This document shows, piece by piece, positions 13,222 to 25,372 of a stretch of DNA of 64,000 nucleotides. The first letter of the stretch is position 1; each line of letters opens with the position of its first letter. Position numbers and translations under genes: made by a program. This DNA comes from Eledone cirrhosa (taxonomy: Eukaryota). The notes under the pieces were generated by a model, which ran no database searches, was not told where the DNA came from, and saw only the letters and a program-made list of their open reading frames with translations. The DNA is taken from NCBI GenBank assembly GCA_964016885.1, contig OZ024741.1, positions 317,316,001 to 317,380,000 on the forward strand, given 5' to 3'.

Positions 13222-15084
13222 CTATTTTGGTGTTGAAAGTGAAGAAAGAAAAGCACTTACCTCTCCGGGTTGCGTAATTTCCATGGCATCAGGTGTGTTG
13301 GGTGGAGGGATGTTTTGTGGTGGTGTGGGGGTACACGTGTGTGGTGGGGTTGGGGTATTTGGAGTTGTGTCAGGGAGAGGGGCGGTTATGGGGAAATCTT
13401 TCAAGAGGACGCGATTCAACGGTTTTAAACAGGGGGGGCTCACGTCCCGTCTAAATTGTTCTTTTAAGGAACGATAAAGGTCCAGAGGGACCTTTATCAT
13501 TTTTAAATGGGTGAAGTTCTCTGTTGAGATAAAGTTTGGCCCTTCGGTCTGCACCATAGGGTTATTGTTTATTAATTTAACCAGTTTTTTGTTTTCTTTA
13601 TTTATATATGTGTATTGCAACGTCTTTTTTTGTGATGCTGTCAATGTTTCGGAGAGGGGAGGCGCAGATTTATTTTTGTTTGTTGAGGGTGGGGTGTTTT
13701 TGATTGGAGTTGGTGTTTGTGTGTGGGTTATTTGTGGTGTGCTGGGTGTGTGTTTTCTTTTTTTTCTTTTAACTTGTCTGAAGGCTTCTCCTCCTTCTTC
13801 TTCAGAAGTTGGGGGAAACTCTTCAGCGCTAGGTGGGAGGGACGTGTTGTGTGGTTGTTTTTTTTTTGCGGGAGGGGTAGATTTGTTACTGTTTTTTTTA
13901 TTATTTGTTTGGAATGGGTTTTGTGGTGGTGGTGGTGGTAATGTTTGTGTCGTGCTTGTGGTTGGTAATGGTGGTGGTGATGTTTGTGTTGTGGTTGGTG
14001 GTGGTGATTTTTGTGTCGTGCTTGTGTTTGGTGCTGGTGGTGGTGATGTTTGTGTTGTGTTTGTGGTTGGTGGTGTCTGTATTTTGTTTGCTGTGTGTGG
14101 TATTAGTGTATTTTTGGAGGTGGGTGGTGCTGGTGTACTGTTTGTGGTGGGTGTGGGCAATAGTCCTTTTTGGGGGATACGTTTCGGGCAGTTAGCCTTA
14201 ACGTGTCCCCTTTCCATGCATAAATAGCATGCTGGTCTTCTCCCCTCTACAATTATGTCTATTGGGGTAAGGTCATCCAGCCAGATGCGATCCGGGATTT
14301 GTGCTATTCTTTCGGGCCTCATTTGGACTAGTATGTCGAGGCCCATTCCCAGGAACGCATCTCCAGTTGCCTTCCCCATTGACAGCATAGTGTCTTCGCC
14401 CATATCAATGAAGCCAGCAATAGCCCACCAGAAGTCCATTGTGGGCAGCATTGTTTTTACTTTTACCCTCTGTGTTCTTCTACCCATGTAGGAGGGATAG
14501 AAGCTATATGTTGTCGACGAGAGTGGGCTTAGGGAAAGCTGAACCGCCGTTTCTTTGTCTCTTGTTAGGACCGAAATGCTGCCATAGAGTCGGTCCTTTC
14601 GTATGAAGAGAATATTCTTCATATAGTCTTTTAGGACTAACTCTATTTCCATTTGGCTGGGCTGTGCTGGCTTTCTTGACTGGTTTAGTATAGTTCTGTA
14701 TATAACTGTGTTTTCTGCTCTGGCTTTCTTGAATTCTGGGGGGGAGTTAATGGAAAACATTCCGTTTTCCCCCAAAACAATATGTTTCTTTGCTTCGGCC
14801 AGTTTTTCTCTGGCGGCAGTTAGGTCAATTGGTGTGTATGTAATGGATTGCTTTGTTTTCTGGGCGAAAGTTGCCCTGTCGTTATTTGTATTATTTTCTG
14901 TTTGTTTGTTTTCTGTTTGCTCATTTTCCTTAACATTTGTTTTTTCATTTTGTTTGTTTGTTTCAATGTCTAATTTTGTTGTAATTATTTTTTGTTCTTC
15001 AGACTTGGGGGGCGTGGCAGAGCTAATGGCAGACATGTCTGCCATCTTTTCCGCCATGCTGCCAAGAAAGAAATTTTTCGGCAA
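13222..15084 (-). CDS. ORF1: gag-like nucleic-acid-binding protein with zinc knuckle
   Basis: 620 aa; CX2CX4HX4C (CYLCMERGHVKANC); Pro/Thr-rich tail; KRKKRK. Likely ATG at 15057. Confidence 0.88.
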   Translation of the reverse strand: MPKNFFLGSMAEKMADMSAISSATPPKSEEQKIITTKLDIETNKQNEKTNVKENEQTENKQTENNTNNDRATFAQKTKQSITYTPIDLTAAREKLAEAKKHIVLGENGMFSINSPPEFKKARAENTVIYRTILNQSRKPAQPSQMEIELVLKDYMKNILFIRKDRLYGSISVLTRDKETAVQLSLSPLSSTTYSFYPSYMGRRTQRVKVKTMLPTMDFWWAIAGFIDMGEDTMLSMGKATGDAFLGMGLDILVQMRPERIAQIPDRIWLDDLTPIDIIVEGRRPACYLCMERGHVKANCPKRIPQKGLLPTPTTNSTPAPPTSKNTLIPHTANKIQTPPTTNTTQTSPPPAPNTSTTQKSPPPTTTQTSPPPLPTTSTTQTLPPPPPQNPFQTNNKKNSNKSTPPAKKKQPHNTSLPPSAEEFPPTSEEEGGEAFRQVKRKKRKHTPSTPQITHTQTPTPIKNTPPSTNKNKSAPPLSETLTASQKKTLQYTYINKENKKLVKLINNNPMVQTEGPNFISTENFTHLKMIKVPLDLYRSLKEQFRRDVSPPCLKPLNRVLLKDFPITAPLPDTTPNTPTPPHTCTPTPPQNIPPPNTPDAMEITQPGEVSAFLSSLSTPK

Positions 15085-15258
15085 AAATAGATATTTATTT
15101 TACCCCCTAAAAAGGGGGTAAATGCAAAAATGTTTCCCTAAATAACAGGGGTTAGTGTTCCAAATGTGTTGCACTAAAAAATTTATCCGGTACTTACAAT
15201 AGTAAGGGTAAATCCCGATGGAATAGCGGAGCCGATGCGAAGCGTGTCTTACTCTATC

Positions 15259-15292
<34 letters not shown>

Positions 15293-15660
15293 TCTTTCTT
15301 TATTTGCCACAGGGGCATGAAAAAATGGGACATTACAAGACGTGACGGCGGGGGTTTGACATAAAATCTTTAACAATGATAAATAACAATAAACTATATA
15401 AAAATAAAACAATTGACATCCCCGCTACTGCGGGGTTGTTTTACACCCCGTGGATAGAACAACCCTCAACACCAGGAACACGTTTTGTAGGTGTTCCCGT
15501 CTTCCCTCTGTTTATCTTCCTCGACCTACAGGTTTATATACAGAGAAGGCCCATTCACCCGGGCCATTTTCGCCACATTCACCCAACTTTCAGCGAATTT
15601 ACTGGGGTGTAGCATCTCTCTCTACACTCTCACCTTCCTTATGAAGTGGTACTTAAAGAA
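15293..15660 (-). mobile_element. Tx1-clade 5'-truncated copy T6
   Basis: ORF2 end plus 3' UTR; (GATA)n at 15260-15292 and 15661-15672. Confidence 0.9.
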
Positions 15661-16183
15661 GATAGATAGATACGAGGGGTTTTCGCAGTTTCCTTCCGTC
15701 TACCAATTCCACTCACTTGACAATTGATCAGCCTGATACGGTAATAACTGTAGGTAATCAGATCAAGACTCCGTACTGTGGGGGTTAAACCCAGAACTAC
15801 ATGTTAGCTAGACGAACTCTCTCACCACTCAGCCATGCCAACGCTTTAGTCATACTTTTATACTTATTACTTTTAAGCATATTATTATCTTTGCTTTTTG
15901 TTATTATTCATCTTAATTAGTTGTTTATTTCCTTTTAGTTTATATGATTTTTTAAAGTTCTTTATTGATTGAATGGTTTTTATCGTTATTTTCTCTGTGA
16001 TGCAAAGCTTCATTTGCATCATGTTTTCTACATAAAACAGCGGAACAATGGTCATTAAACAATTTAAGTATTTTTCTCACTCTCTATTTTTATTTATTTC
16101 TCTGTGTATGTATGTATGTATGTGTGTGTGTGTGTGTGTGTGTGTGCGTATATATTTATACATATATGTGTGCATATAAGAGC

Positions 16184-16303
<120 letters not shown>

Positions 16304-16318
16304 ATATATATATGTATG

Positions 16319-16351
<33 letters not shown>

Positions 16352-16391
16352 AAGCATAAATATATATATATATACATATATATATGAATAG

Positions 16392-16480
<89 letters not shown>

Positions 16481-16790
16481 AAGCATTAATGCAATTATGT
16501 AAATTTCGAAACGAAACTTCCGTTGAAAAGCATCTCCGGCCATACATTACACTGTTATCCTTAAAAGAAAAGTACATGTGACCAGAGTCTATGTCACTTC
16601 CAGTTTTCAGATGATTGTTTATTGCGTAATACATACAACGACACATACATGCTTCTCACTAACTGTTGGATATACTCTTATTCAACTACGCGAGCTCGCA
16701 CACCCACACCCACACACTCACATGCATGCATGCATACATACATACATACATACATACATACATACATACATACATACATACATACATACA

Positions 16791-16824
<34 letters not shown>

Positions 16825-17430
16825 CATGGTGGCTGCCAACTCGTTTTCGAGTACGGCCACTACTTTATATCCATGTAGGAGAACCCCTACCAATGCACGA
16901 GTGTGACTTTTTAGTCCAGCCAGCGACTTGAAAGCTCTGGTACAAACATTACACTTGTGACAATTATTGACACATAGTGCTGGACCCATGGTACCATGTG
17001 ACGACAAGTGCAGAGAGATCTCCAGATATAAAGCAATGCCTGTGCCGTGAAGCTTTTATAGTGAGCAAAGGCACTGCACAAAGCCAGTCCCACTCTCTTA
17101 ACCAAGATGATATTTACCAAAAGGAAGAACAAGTCAACATCATTGGATACCATCAGGGTTGCAGGTGTTATATCAGAGTCCTCCTTCTCCTAGAATTCTG
17201 CCTTGACAAAGGCTAAGGGGTCATCTCTCCCGGTGATTTTGGATGGCCATTGACTCTTAAGAGCTCCTTTGCCCTTTGACAGGTTTTGTTTTTAGTCCTG
17301 CAGGATGTCCAAAGTCACCCTCCTCGCCAAGAAACCTTGGTAGGGTTGCCAGTTTAGTCGCCAACGACCCGACCATGGGACAGATTGTACTGGGATACAT
17401 GTTACCAGTAGCACCAACTGGTGACCTGAC
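16825..17430 (-). mobile_element. Rearranged RTE-like LINE remnants between (TACA)n tracts
   Basis: C-terminal C2H2-type motif CNVCTRAFKSLAGLKSH on the minus strand; GC-richer 5' UTR-like block at 17250-17430. Confidence 0.5.
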
Positions 17431-17478
17431 ATCATACATACATACATACATACATACATACATACATACATACATACA

Positions 17479-17509
<31 letters not shown>

Positions 17510-18220
17510 GTATATATAAGAATAGACTAAAATAAAATTATTTCAATCATACTTTAAATAGCTCAAATACTATATAGACTAAAAACTATAACTTTTAGAG
17601 CTTCATTTTTTTCAAAAATTATATTTAAGAATAAACATTTACAGTATATTAAATGCAAGCATTGCAAGCAAAAATATATATTTTAAAATAAAGACATCAT
17701 TTCAATTACAAATTCGTACTTATACCACAGTTTCGTTATAGCAAAGAAATAGATATGAATTAAGATAATTAATTAATAAATTAAGACACCGTAAACTCAT
17801 CAGTAAGTAATGTCTTATATATATTTATATAGCGTAGTTGGCACAGACATTGGTACGGCAAACCAAAGATGTGGGCTCTTGTCCCATGTACATCAATACT
17901 CATCCTTATAAGTCGGCAGACCTCACAAAAATTCTATATCTCTGTGATGTAGTGTTTTTGCATAATATGCCATGAAACTACGTAGTCGAGGAGTAATGAA
18001 GGAATTTAGGTATGGTATATCTTATTAATTATATCTAATGTTTCTTCTTTCTTTATAATGTATTATATAGCTCTGATACTGAATCAATCTAATCTATTCG
18101 GATTATTTTGTCCCAGTTATTCATAGAGCAACATCGGTTGAAGTTGGCACCACTAATTCAAGGATATATGTGGATATATTCATGTATATGTATGTGTCCG
18201 CATGTATCTGTGTGTTTCTT

Positions 18221-18271
<51 letters not shown>

Positions 18272-18912
18272 TGTTATACTTGGGGAGGGTCATATTGCTG
18301 TAATAATATTTGTTAATCTCATCCATTTGGTTTTAATATATTGATATCTCTAAATCTATAACATTTGCTATAATTCCACTTCTTAAAGTTTCATAAAATA
18401 TATACGTATATAATTCTATCTTTTTTTAAATTTTAATTTTAATTTTAATAATTTTTATTTCTTTATTTTTATTTCTTTAATTTTTATTTCTTTAAAAATT
18501 ACTTCTCTTATAAATTAATAAAAAAAAAATTTTCTCAAATTTTTCAATATTTTTTCAATATTTTTTCAATACTTTTTCAATATTTTTTCAATATTTTTTC
18601 AATATTTTTTCAATACTGTATCAATATTTTTTCAATATTTTTCAATAGATTTATAACCACTAACTGATTCTGGCTAAATGTATCTTTCAACATCTATACT
18701 TATTTTGACTAAATAGTCTCACTCTAACGAATAAATAAATTAAACCGGAGTTTTTTGGTATCTTCCCATTTTAAATCATTTAAATATAAATATTCTTATT
18801 AACTCAGTTAATTTAATTTAATTTATCTTAATATTTATTTACATTAAATACAAAACCAATATACCCCATAACTCATTAGAACAATTATCTATAACATGAT
18901 ATACCCATCTAT

Positions 18913-18947
<35 letters not shown>

Positions 18948-19338
18948 TGTATTTATTTATTTATCTACTTATAACAGAAGAAAAATATTATATTATAAAC
19001 AAATTTAAACAACTAATAATCGTAAATACACGTGCTATTAAGATATATACTTAGAATATATTTCCCTCAAATTAATGTTATATGAGATTTTATTCATCTT
19101 CTCTTGTTTCTTTCTTCTCTCTCTCTCTCTCTCTCTCGCACTATTTTATCCTCCTCTTATCTCTTCTCTCTCTCCATAGTCGTTTAAATAAACGGTTGTT
19201 TTTCAATTATTTACATATTCATTTGCATATTCACACATAAGTTTGAAAAATTCCTAATATATTTCCACTATCCAGTGAATTTCCAACCGATAAGGTATGA
19301 TTTTCATGGGTATGTCTCTATTTATAAAACAAACTTTG

Positions 19339-19401
19339 TATTTTATCTGATGAAAGCGTACCAATGTTTCTTGGTACCCTTGAAATATATATAATAAAAT
19401 A
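19339..19401 (+). ncRNA. Type I hammerhead ribozyme motif
   Basis: tattttat-CTGATGA-aag.gtaccaa/ttggtac.ctt-GAAA-TATATA-TA-ataaaata; predicted cleavage after 19393. Confidence 0.85.
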
Positions 19402-19535
19402 AATATAGTTTTATAAATATAGTTTCCATTTATTTAATATCATTGAATATTTACTCCAGTAAACTGTCGAGTGCTCTAAAACAGTTATAAACATTTAATT
19501 TGTTGGACTTCCAACAAATTAAATACCCCTTCTAG

Positions 19536-19591
<56 letters not shown>

Positions 19592-19771
19592 TATAAGTAA
19601 ATTTGTTTTGAAACAGCGGGCGAAATTTGAAATTTAGTAGACATAGAAGGTTTCGCCGTATTTTTGACTAAATAAATTTTAGCCTTCTAAAACCTTCTAA
19701 AAATGGAAAAGGATGAGTATTGAGGTTTAAACCCCAATATCAGGCTAGAATTTCAAAAATACGGCAAAAAC

Positions 19772-19833
<62 letters not shown>

Positions 19834-19898
19834 TATAAACACATATATATAGTCTAACAAATATTATTACAGCAATATGACCCTCCCCAAGTATAACA

Positions 19899-19966
<68 letters not shown>

Positions 19967-20031
19967 TGTTATACTTGGGGAGGGTCATATTGCTGTAATA
20001 ATATTTGTTAGACTATATATATGTGTTTATA

Positions 20032-20087
<56 letters not shown>

Positions 20088-20267
20088 GTTTTTGCCGTAT
20101 TTTTGAAATTCCAGCCTGATATTGGGGTTTAAACCTCAATACTCATCCTTTTCCATTTTTAGAAGGTTTTAGAAGGCTAAAATTTATTTAGTCAAAAATA
20201 CGGCGAAACCTTCTATTTCTACTAAATTTCAAATTTCGCCCGCTGTTTCAAAACAAATTTACTTATA

Positions 20268-20341
<74 letters not shown>

Positions 20342-20475
20342 CTAGAAGGGGTATTTAATTTGTTGGAAGTCCAACAAATTAAATGTTTATAACTGTTTTA
20401 GAGCACTCGACAGTTTACTGGAGTAAATATTCAATGATATTAAATAAATGGAAACTATATTTATAAAACTATATT

Positions 20476-20538
20476 TATTTTATTATATATATTTCAAGGG
20501 TACCAAGAAACATTGGTACGCTTTCATCAGATAAAATA
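20476..20538 (-). ncRNA. Hammerhead ribozyme motif (inverted copy of 19339-19401)
   Basis: Reverse complement of the above. Confidence 0.85.
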
Positions 20539-20736
20539 CAAAGTTTGTTTTATAAATAGAGACATACCCATGAAAATCATACCTTATCGGTTGGAAATTC
20601 ACTGGATAGTGGAAATATATTAGGAATTTTTCAAACTTATGTGTGAATATGCAAATGAATATGTAAATAATTGAAAAACAACCGTTTATTTAAACGACTA
20701 TGGAGAGAGAGAAGAGATAAGAGGGGGATAAAATAG

Positions 20737-20772
<36 letters not shown>

Positions 20773-20921
20773 AAGAAACAAGAGAAGATGAATAAAATCT
20801 CATATAACATTAATTTGAGGGAAATATATTCTAAGTATATATCTTAATAGCACGTGTATTTACGATTATTAGTTGTTTAAATTTGTTTATAATATAATAT
20901 TTTTCTTCTGTTATAAGTAGA

Positions 20922-20952
<31 letters not shown>

Positions 20953-21633
20953 ATAGATGGGTATATCATGTTATAGATAATTGTTCTAATGAGTTATGGG
21001 GTATATTGGTTTTGTATTTAATGTAAATAAATATTAAGATAAATTAAATTAAATTAACTGAGTTAATAAGAATATTTATATTTAAATGATTTAAAATGGG
21101 AAGATACCAAAAAACTCCGGTTTAATTTATTTATTCGTTAGAGTGAGACTATTTAGTCAAAATAGGTATAGATGTTGAAAGATACATTTAGCCAGAATCA
21201 GTTAGTGGTTATAAATCTATTGAAAAATATTGAAAAAATATTGATACAGTATTGAAAAAATATTGAAAAAATATTGAAAAAATATTGAAAAAGTATTGAA
21301 AAAATATTGAAAAAATATTGAAAAATTTGAGAAAATTTTTTTTTTATTAATTTATAAGAGAAGTAATTTTTAAAGAAATAAAAATTAAAGAAATAAAAAT
21401 AAAGAAATAAAAATTATTAAAATTAAAATTAAAATTTAAAAAAAGATTAGAATTATATACGTATATATTTTATGAAACTTTAAGAAGTGGAATTATAGCA
21501 AATGTTATAGATTTAGAGATATCAATATATTAAAACCAAATGGATGAGATTGTTATGGAAATAAGTAGAAATATTATAAGTGTAATTATAAGTTATATAT
21601 AGTTTTGAATGTTGAACTCTGGCGATGTCAGAA

Positions 21634-22145
21634 TTTATTTATTTATTTAATTATGTATTTATTTATTTATTTATTTATTATATACTTATAACAGAAGAAA
21701 AATAGTATATTATAAACAAATTTTAAACAACTAATAATCGTAAATACACGTACTATTAAGATATATACTTATAATATATTTCCCTCAAATTAACGTTATA
21801 TGAGTTTTTATTCATCTTCTCTTGTTTCTTTCTTCTCTCTCTCTCGCACTATTTTATCCTTCTCCTCTTATCTCTTCTCTCTCTCTCCATAGTCGTTTAA
21901 ATAAACGGTTGTTTTTCAATTATTTACATATTCATTTGCATATTCACACATAAGTTTGAAAAATTCCTAATATATTTCCACTATCCAGTGAATTTCCAAC
22001 CGATAAGGTATGTCTCTATTTATAAAACAAACTTTGTATTTTATCTGATGAAAGCGTACCAATGTGTCTTGGTACCCTTGAAATATATATAATAAAATAA
22101 ATATGGTTTTATAAATATAGTTTCCATTTATTTAATATCATTGTA
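21634..22145 (+). repeat. Third, direct copy of 18910-19445
   Basis: Same sequence with small indels; ends in (TA)n. Confidence 0.9.
22037..22099 (+). ncRNA. Hammerhead ribozyme motif
   Basis: As 19339-19401; the only difference is in the stem II loop. Confidence 0.85.
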
Positions 22146-22146
22146 T

Positions 22147-22222
<76 letters not shown>

Positions 22223-22411
22223 GAAAAAACGGAGTTTAAGACTCGCATTAATCCTCTGTAATTTTATGAGTTTAAGGAATAAATTACCGGGCTCTTAATA
22301 ATACAGTATGTAGAGAAGAAAACACAAAAAGAGGTATTTTTTCAATTACAAGGGGTAGAGAACCACTATAGTGAAGGATGTAAAGACTACGGAAATTGGA
22401 GAAAATACATA

Positions 22412-22525
22412 ATAATTGTTTCTACTTTTGGCACAAGGCCAGCAATTATCCCAGTGCATTACTGGTACTTTATTTTATCGACCCCGTAAGGATGAAAGAC
22501 AAAGTTAACCTTGGTGGGATTTGAA
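22412..22525 (-). mobile_element. tRNA-derived SINE, 3' part
   Basis: Matches 31696-31880, 48800-48965 and 52302-52527. Confidence 0.8.
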
Positions 22526-22597
22526 AAAACATAATACATAATAATTAAAAGGTAAAATTATAATTGAAAACATATCGCTTTTTGTGTTTTCTCTCTG

Positions 22598-22690
<93 letters not shown>

Positions 22691-23099
22691 AGTGGGGTTT
22701 TTTGGTAGTTTTTAAATTCTTAGAAAATGTAGGATCCCAAACGCGGAAAATAAATGTAGCCATAGTAAATTGCTATATACAATAGCTTAGAAAACTGGGT
22801 AAAATACCCCTCAGTATTTCTGGAATCCTGATTGAAAGCTCTAACCATTGAGCTAGACCACCTCTGAGAACCGATTCCGTCTGAATTGGATAGCTATATA
22901 TAACAACTTTGGGTGAGATCTACATTTTATATAAAATATCGGAGCATTGGGAAGTTTTGGAATTTTTAGAAATTATAGTAATCCTAGACGCATGACATAA
23001 CTGTATTTACAGTCGACTGCTATACACTATAGCTTAGAAAATTGGGTAAAATGGTTACGGCATCAGCCATCATTTATAGCAATTGAATTTGGTTACAGA

Positions 23100-24818
23100 T
23101 ACTAGCAGAAAAACCGGCCGCATGTGGTTTTCTGCTAGCATATGTAGTGTGCATATTGGTATTATACGCAAATATATATATGTAAATTGAAAAGTAAATC
23201 GACAATATCTTCTTCTTCGCCCACTTATTTCTGAGAGGGTCGTGGGGGTAGAGTCCTTCTGAAACACTCCTTCCAGCGAGTCTGTCAGAAGCAAACATCT
23301 CTAACTGATCCAACTGGATCCCAAAGCGAGACCAGCCAAGCTCATGGATGTTATGCAACTATCTTGCTTAGGGTCTACCTCTAGATCCCTTGCCGTTTGG
23401 TTTTGCCTGTAAAATGTGTCCAGCGATTCTTTAATGAGACATTCTAACCACATGCTCATAATATCGGAGTTGTGATCTCTCAATTCGGAGAAGTAGCGGC
23501 TCTACCAGGAGTGACTCTCTGGTCTCTGAGCTATGCACTTTATCGAGTAACGTTACTCCAAAGACTCTTCGGAGTTGAGTAAGAGTTGACAGGAATACCA
23601 GGAAGACAGCGAGTTTGGCTTTTACACCTACCCCCTTCTTCTGATTGCTGAGGCTGGAGCATTACTGCAATTCTTGCACTTAATTCTGCCTCCTGCATTC
23701 CATCACTCATGAACACGTCTGGGTTGTCCAGAATTGATGGGAAAAGACTCGACGGGCTTACTCTGTGGTCCTGGTCAAGAGGCAGGTTCCTTACCTTGGA
23801 CGTCACAGTTAGTGACTCTTTTGCTTCTTCCCACATCCTGGATGCAGCGGTAAGGGCGAGAGCTACAGCATCCGCAGCTGAACGGAACATAATCCTAAAA
23901 TACCGTGTTCTGTCAGCTAACTAATTATCCAGCCTGTGGCGTTCGAGACGTTTGTGGGAGTCGGGCGACTGACAGCGAGGTTCTTATCTTCACTGGTGGC
24001 TCGCCAAACAAAGGTAACTGGTGATGCTCGTGAAGGCACTTGGCTGTTCAAACACCTCAGCATCGCTATCAGCCCAGGTAACGCTGCGAGCGTGCTGGCT
24101 TGCCTAAAGAATTATTAGAGAGGTTTCCCAGCGCTCCTCGCTATATTGTTATTTTTTGCTCTGTTAGCGTCTCGTTTGTCCACACCTTTCGCCTGCCTTT
24201 TGTTGATGTGGTCTAAGATGTGGGTATTACGTGCTTGTGTATTTTTTCTCTTTCTTTTTTTCCTTTCCCTTTCCTTTGTATATATTATATTTGTTAGCGT
24301 TTTCGTTCTGTAACCTTTATATTAAATTTTTATACAAACTAGCAGAAAAACCGCTGCGGGCGGTTTTCTGCTAGCATATGTAGTGTGCATATTTGTATTG
24401 TACGCAAATATATATGCATATAGATATATGTAAATTGAAAAGTAAATTGACAATATCTTCTTCTTCACCCATTTATTTCTGAGAGGGTCGTGGGGGAAGA
24501 GTCCTTCTTAAACACTCCTTCCAGTGAGTCTGTCAGTAGCAAACATCTCTAACTGATCTAGCTGGATCCCAAAGCGCGACCAGCCAAGCTCATGGATGTT
24601 ATCCAACTATCTTGCTCGGGGTCTACCTCTGGGTCTCTTGACGGTTGGTTTTGCCTGTAAAATGTATCTAGCGATTCTTTAATGAGACATTCTAACCACA
24701 TGCTCATAATATCGGAGTTGTGATCTCTCAATTCGGATAAGTAACGGCTCTACCAGGAGTGACTCTCTGGTCTCTGAGCTATGCACTTTATCGAGTAACG
24801 TTACTCCAAAGACTCTTT
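23100..24818. repeat. ~470 bp direct repeats (23100-23568, 24338-24818)
   Basis: Both run from actagcagaaaaaccg to ttactccaaagactctt with scattered substitutions. Confidence 0.9.
23660..24118 (+). pseudogene. Restriction-like endonuclease C-terminus of a CRE-like non-LTR element
   Basis: DGKRLDGLTLWSWSRGRFLTLDVTV..A..KY..PVAFET..LSIAI.GNAASVL, with one stop. Confidence 0.75.
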
Positions 24819-24901
24819 GGCATGTGAACAGAACTGCAGATACTAATGTTTCTGGGTATCACTCTTCATCCATTAGTGTCTGCAGTTCTGTTCACATGCC
24901 A
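24818..24901. repeat. 31-bp-arm hairpin
   Basis: tggcatgtgaacagaactgcagatactaatg / cattagtgtctgcagttctgttcacatgcca. Confidence 0.9.
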
Positions 24902-25081
24902 GCACAAGAGCAAGAATGAAGGGTTGATTCTACTGACATGGCTATAAAATTGAGGCTTGTTTGCGTCATACTTTTTTCCTATTACCCACTCTACAACCCT
25001 AAGTATTGAGTACTCTGGTGCGTTATGGTCCATCTGGTTCCTTACTACATTTCCTTCGTTATATATATATATAACGGGTAG

Positions 25082-25130
<49 letters not shown>

Positions 25131-25149
25131 CGGGTATTAGAGTGGGTAA

Positions 25150-25320
25150 TAGGAAAAAAGTATGACCCCGACGGCAGAACTCAAGCCGTTTCGACGGCTA
25201 TTTCTGGACGGGAAAAACGTATGACCCCGACGGCAGAGATCAAGCCGTTTCGACGGCTATTTCTGGTCCAGAAATAGCCGTCGAAACGGCTTGAGCTCTG
25301 CCGTCGGGGTCATACTTTTT

Positions 25321-25324
<4 letters not shown>
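25150..25324. repeat. Tandem plus inverted copies of a 3' half-hammerhead unit (also at 49055-49100)
   Basis: gtc-GAAA-CGGC-ttgagctct-GCCG-TC-gggg occurs twice on the minus strand and once on plus; CTGANGA core absent. Confidence 0.75.

Positions 25325-25372
<48 letters not shown>

Larger units (their letters stand above)
9556..15258 (-). mobile_element. Full-length Tx1-clade non-LTR retrotransposon T5
   Basis: 5' UTR, ORF1, ORF2 and 3' UTR with AATAAA; flanked on both sides by (GATA)n. Confidence 0.95.
18315..21551. repeat. ~3.2 kb near-perfect inverted repeat centred on (TA)n ~19905-19958
   Basis: aatctcatccatttgg... mirrors ...ccaaatggatgagatt. Internal (TTTTTTCAATA)n, (TATT)n and (CT)n are all mirrored; a few substitutions differ between arms. 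Confidence 0.95.

Noticed and set aside
13511-15121. Plus-strand hydrophobic ORFs (also 42725-44398)
   Set aside because: Antisense shadows of the C/A-rich Tx1 ORF1.
17330-17428. Possible HDV-like ribozyme on the minus strand at an RTE-like 5' end
   Set aside because: P2 (ccagt/actgg), a P4 hairpin and CTAA are visible, but I could not build a canonical P1/P3/P1.1; needs a descriptor search.
25150-25324. CRISPR-like repeats
   Set aside because: No unique spacers or cas genes; eukaryotic context; explained as half-hammerhead fold-back units.
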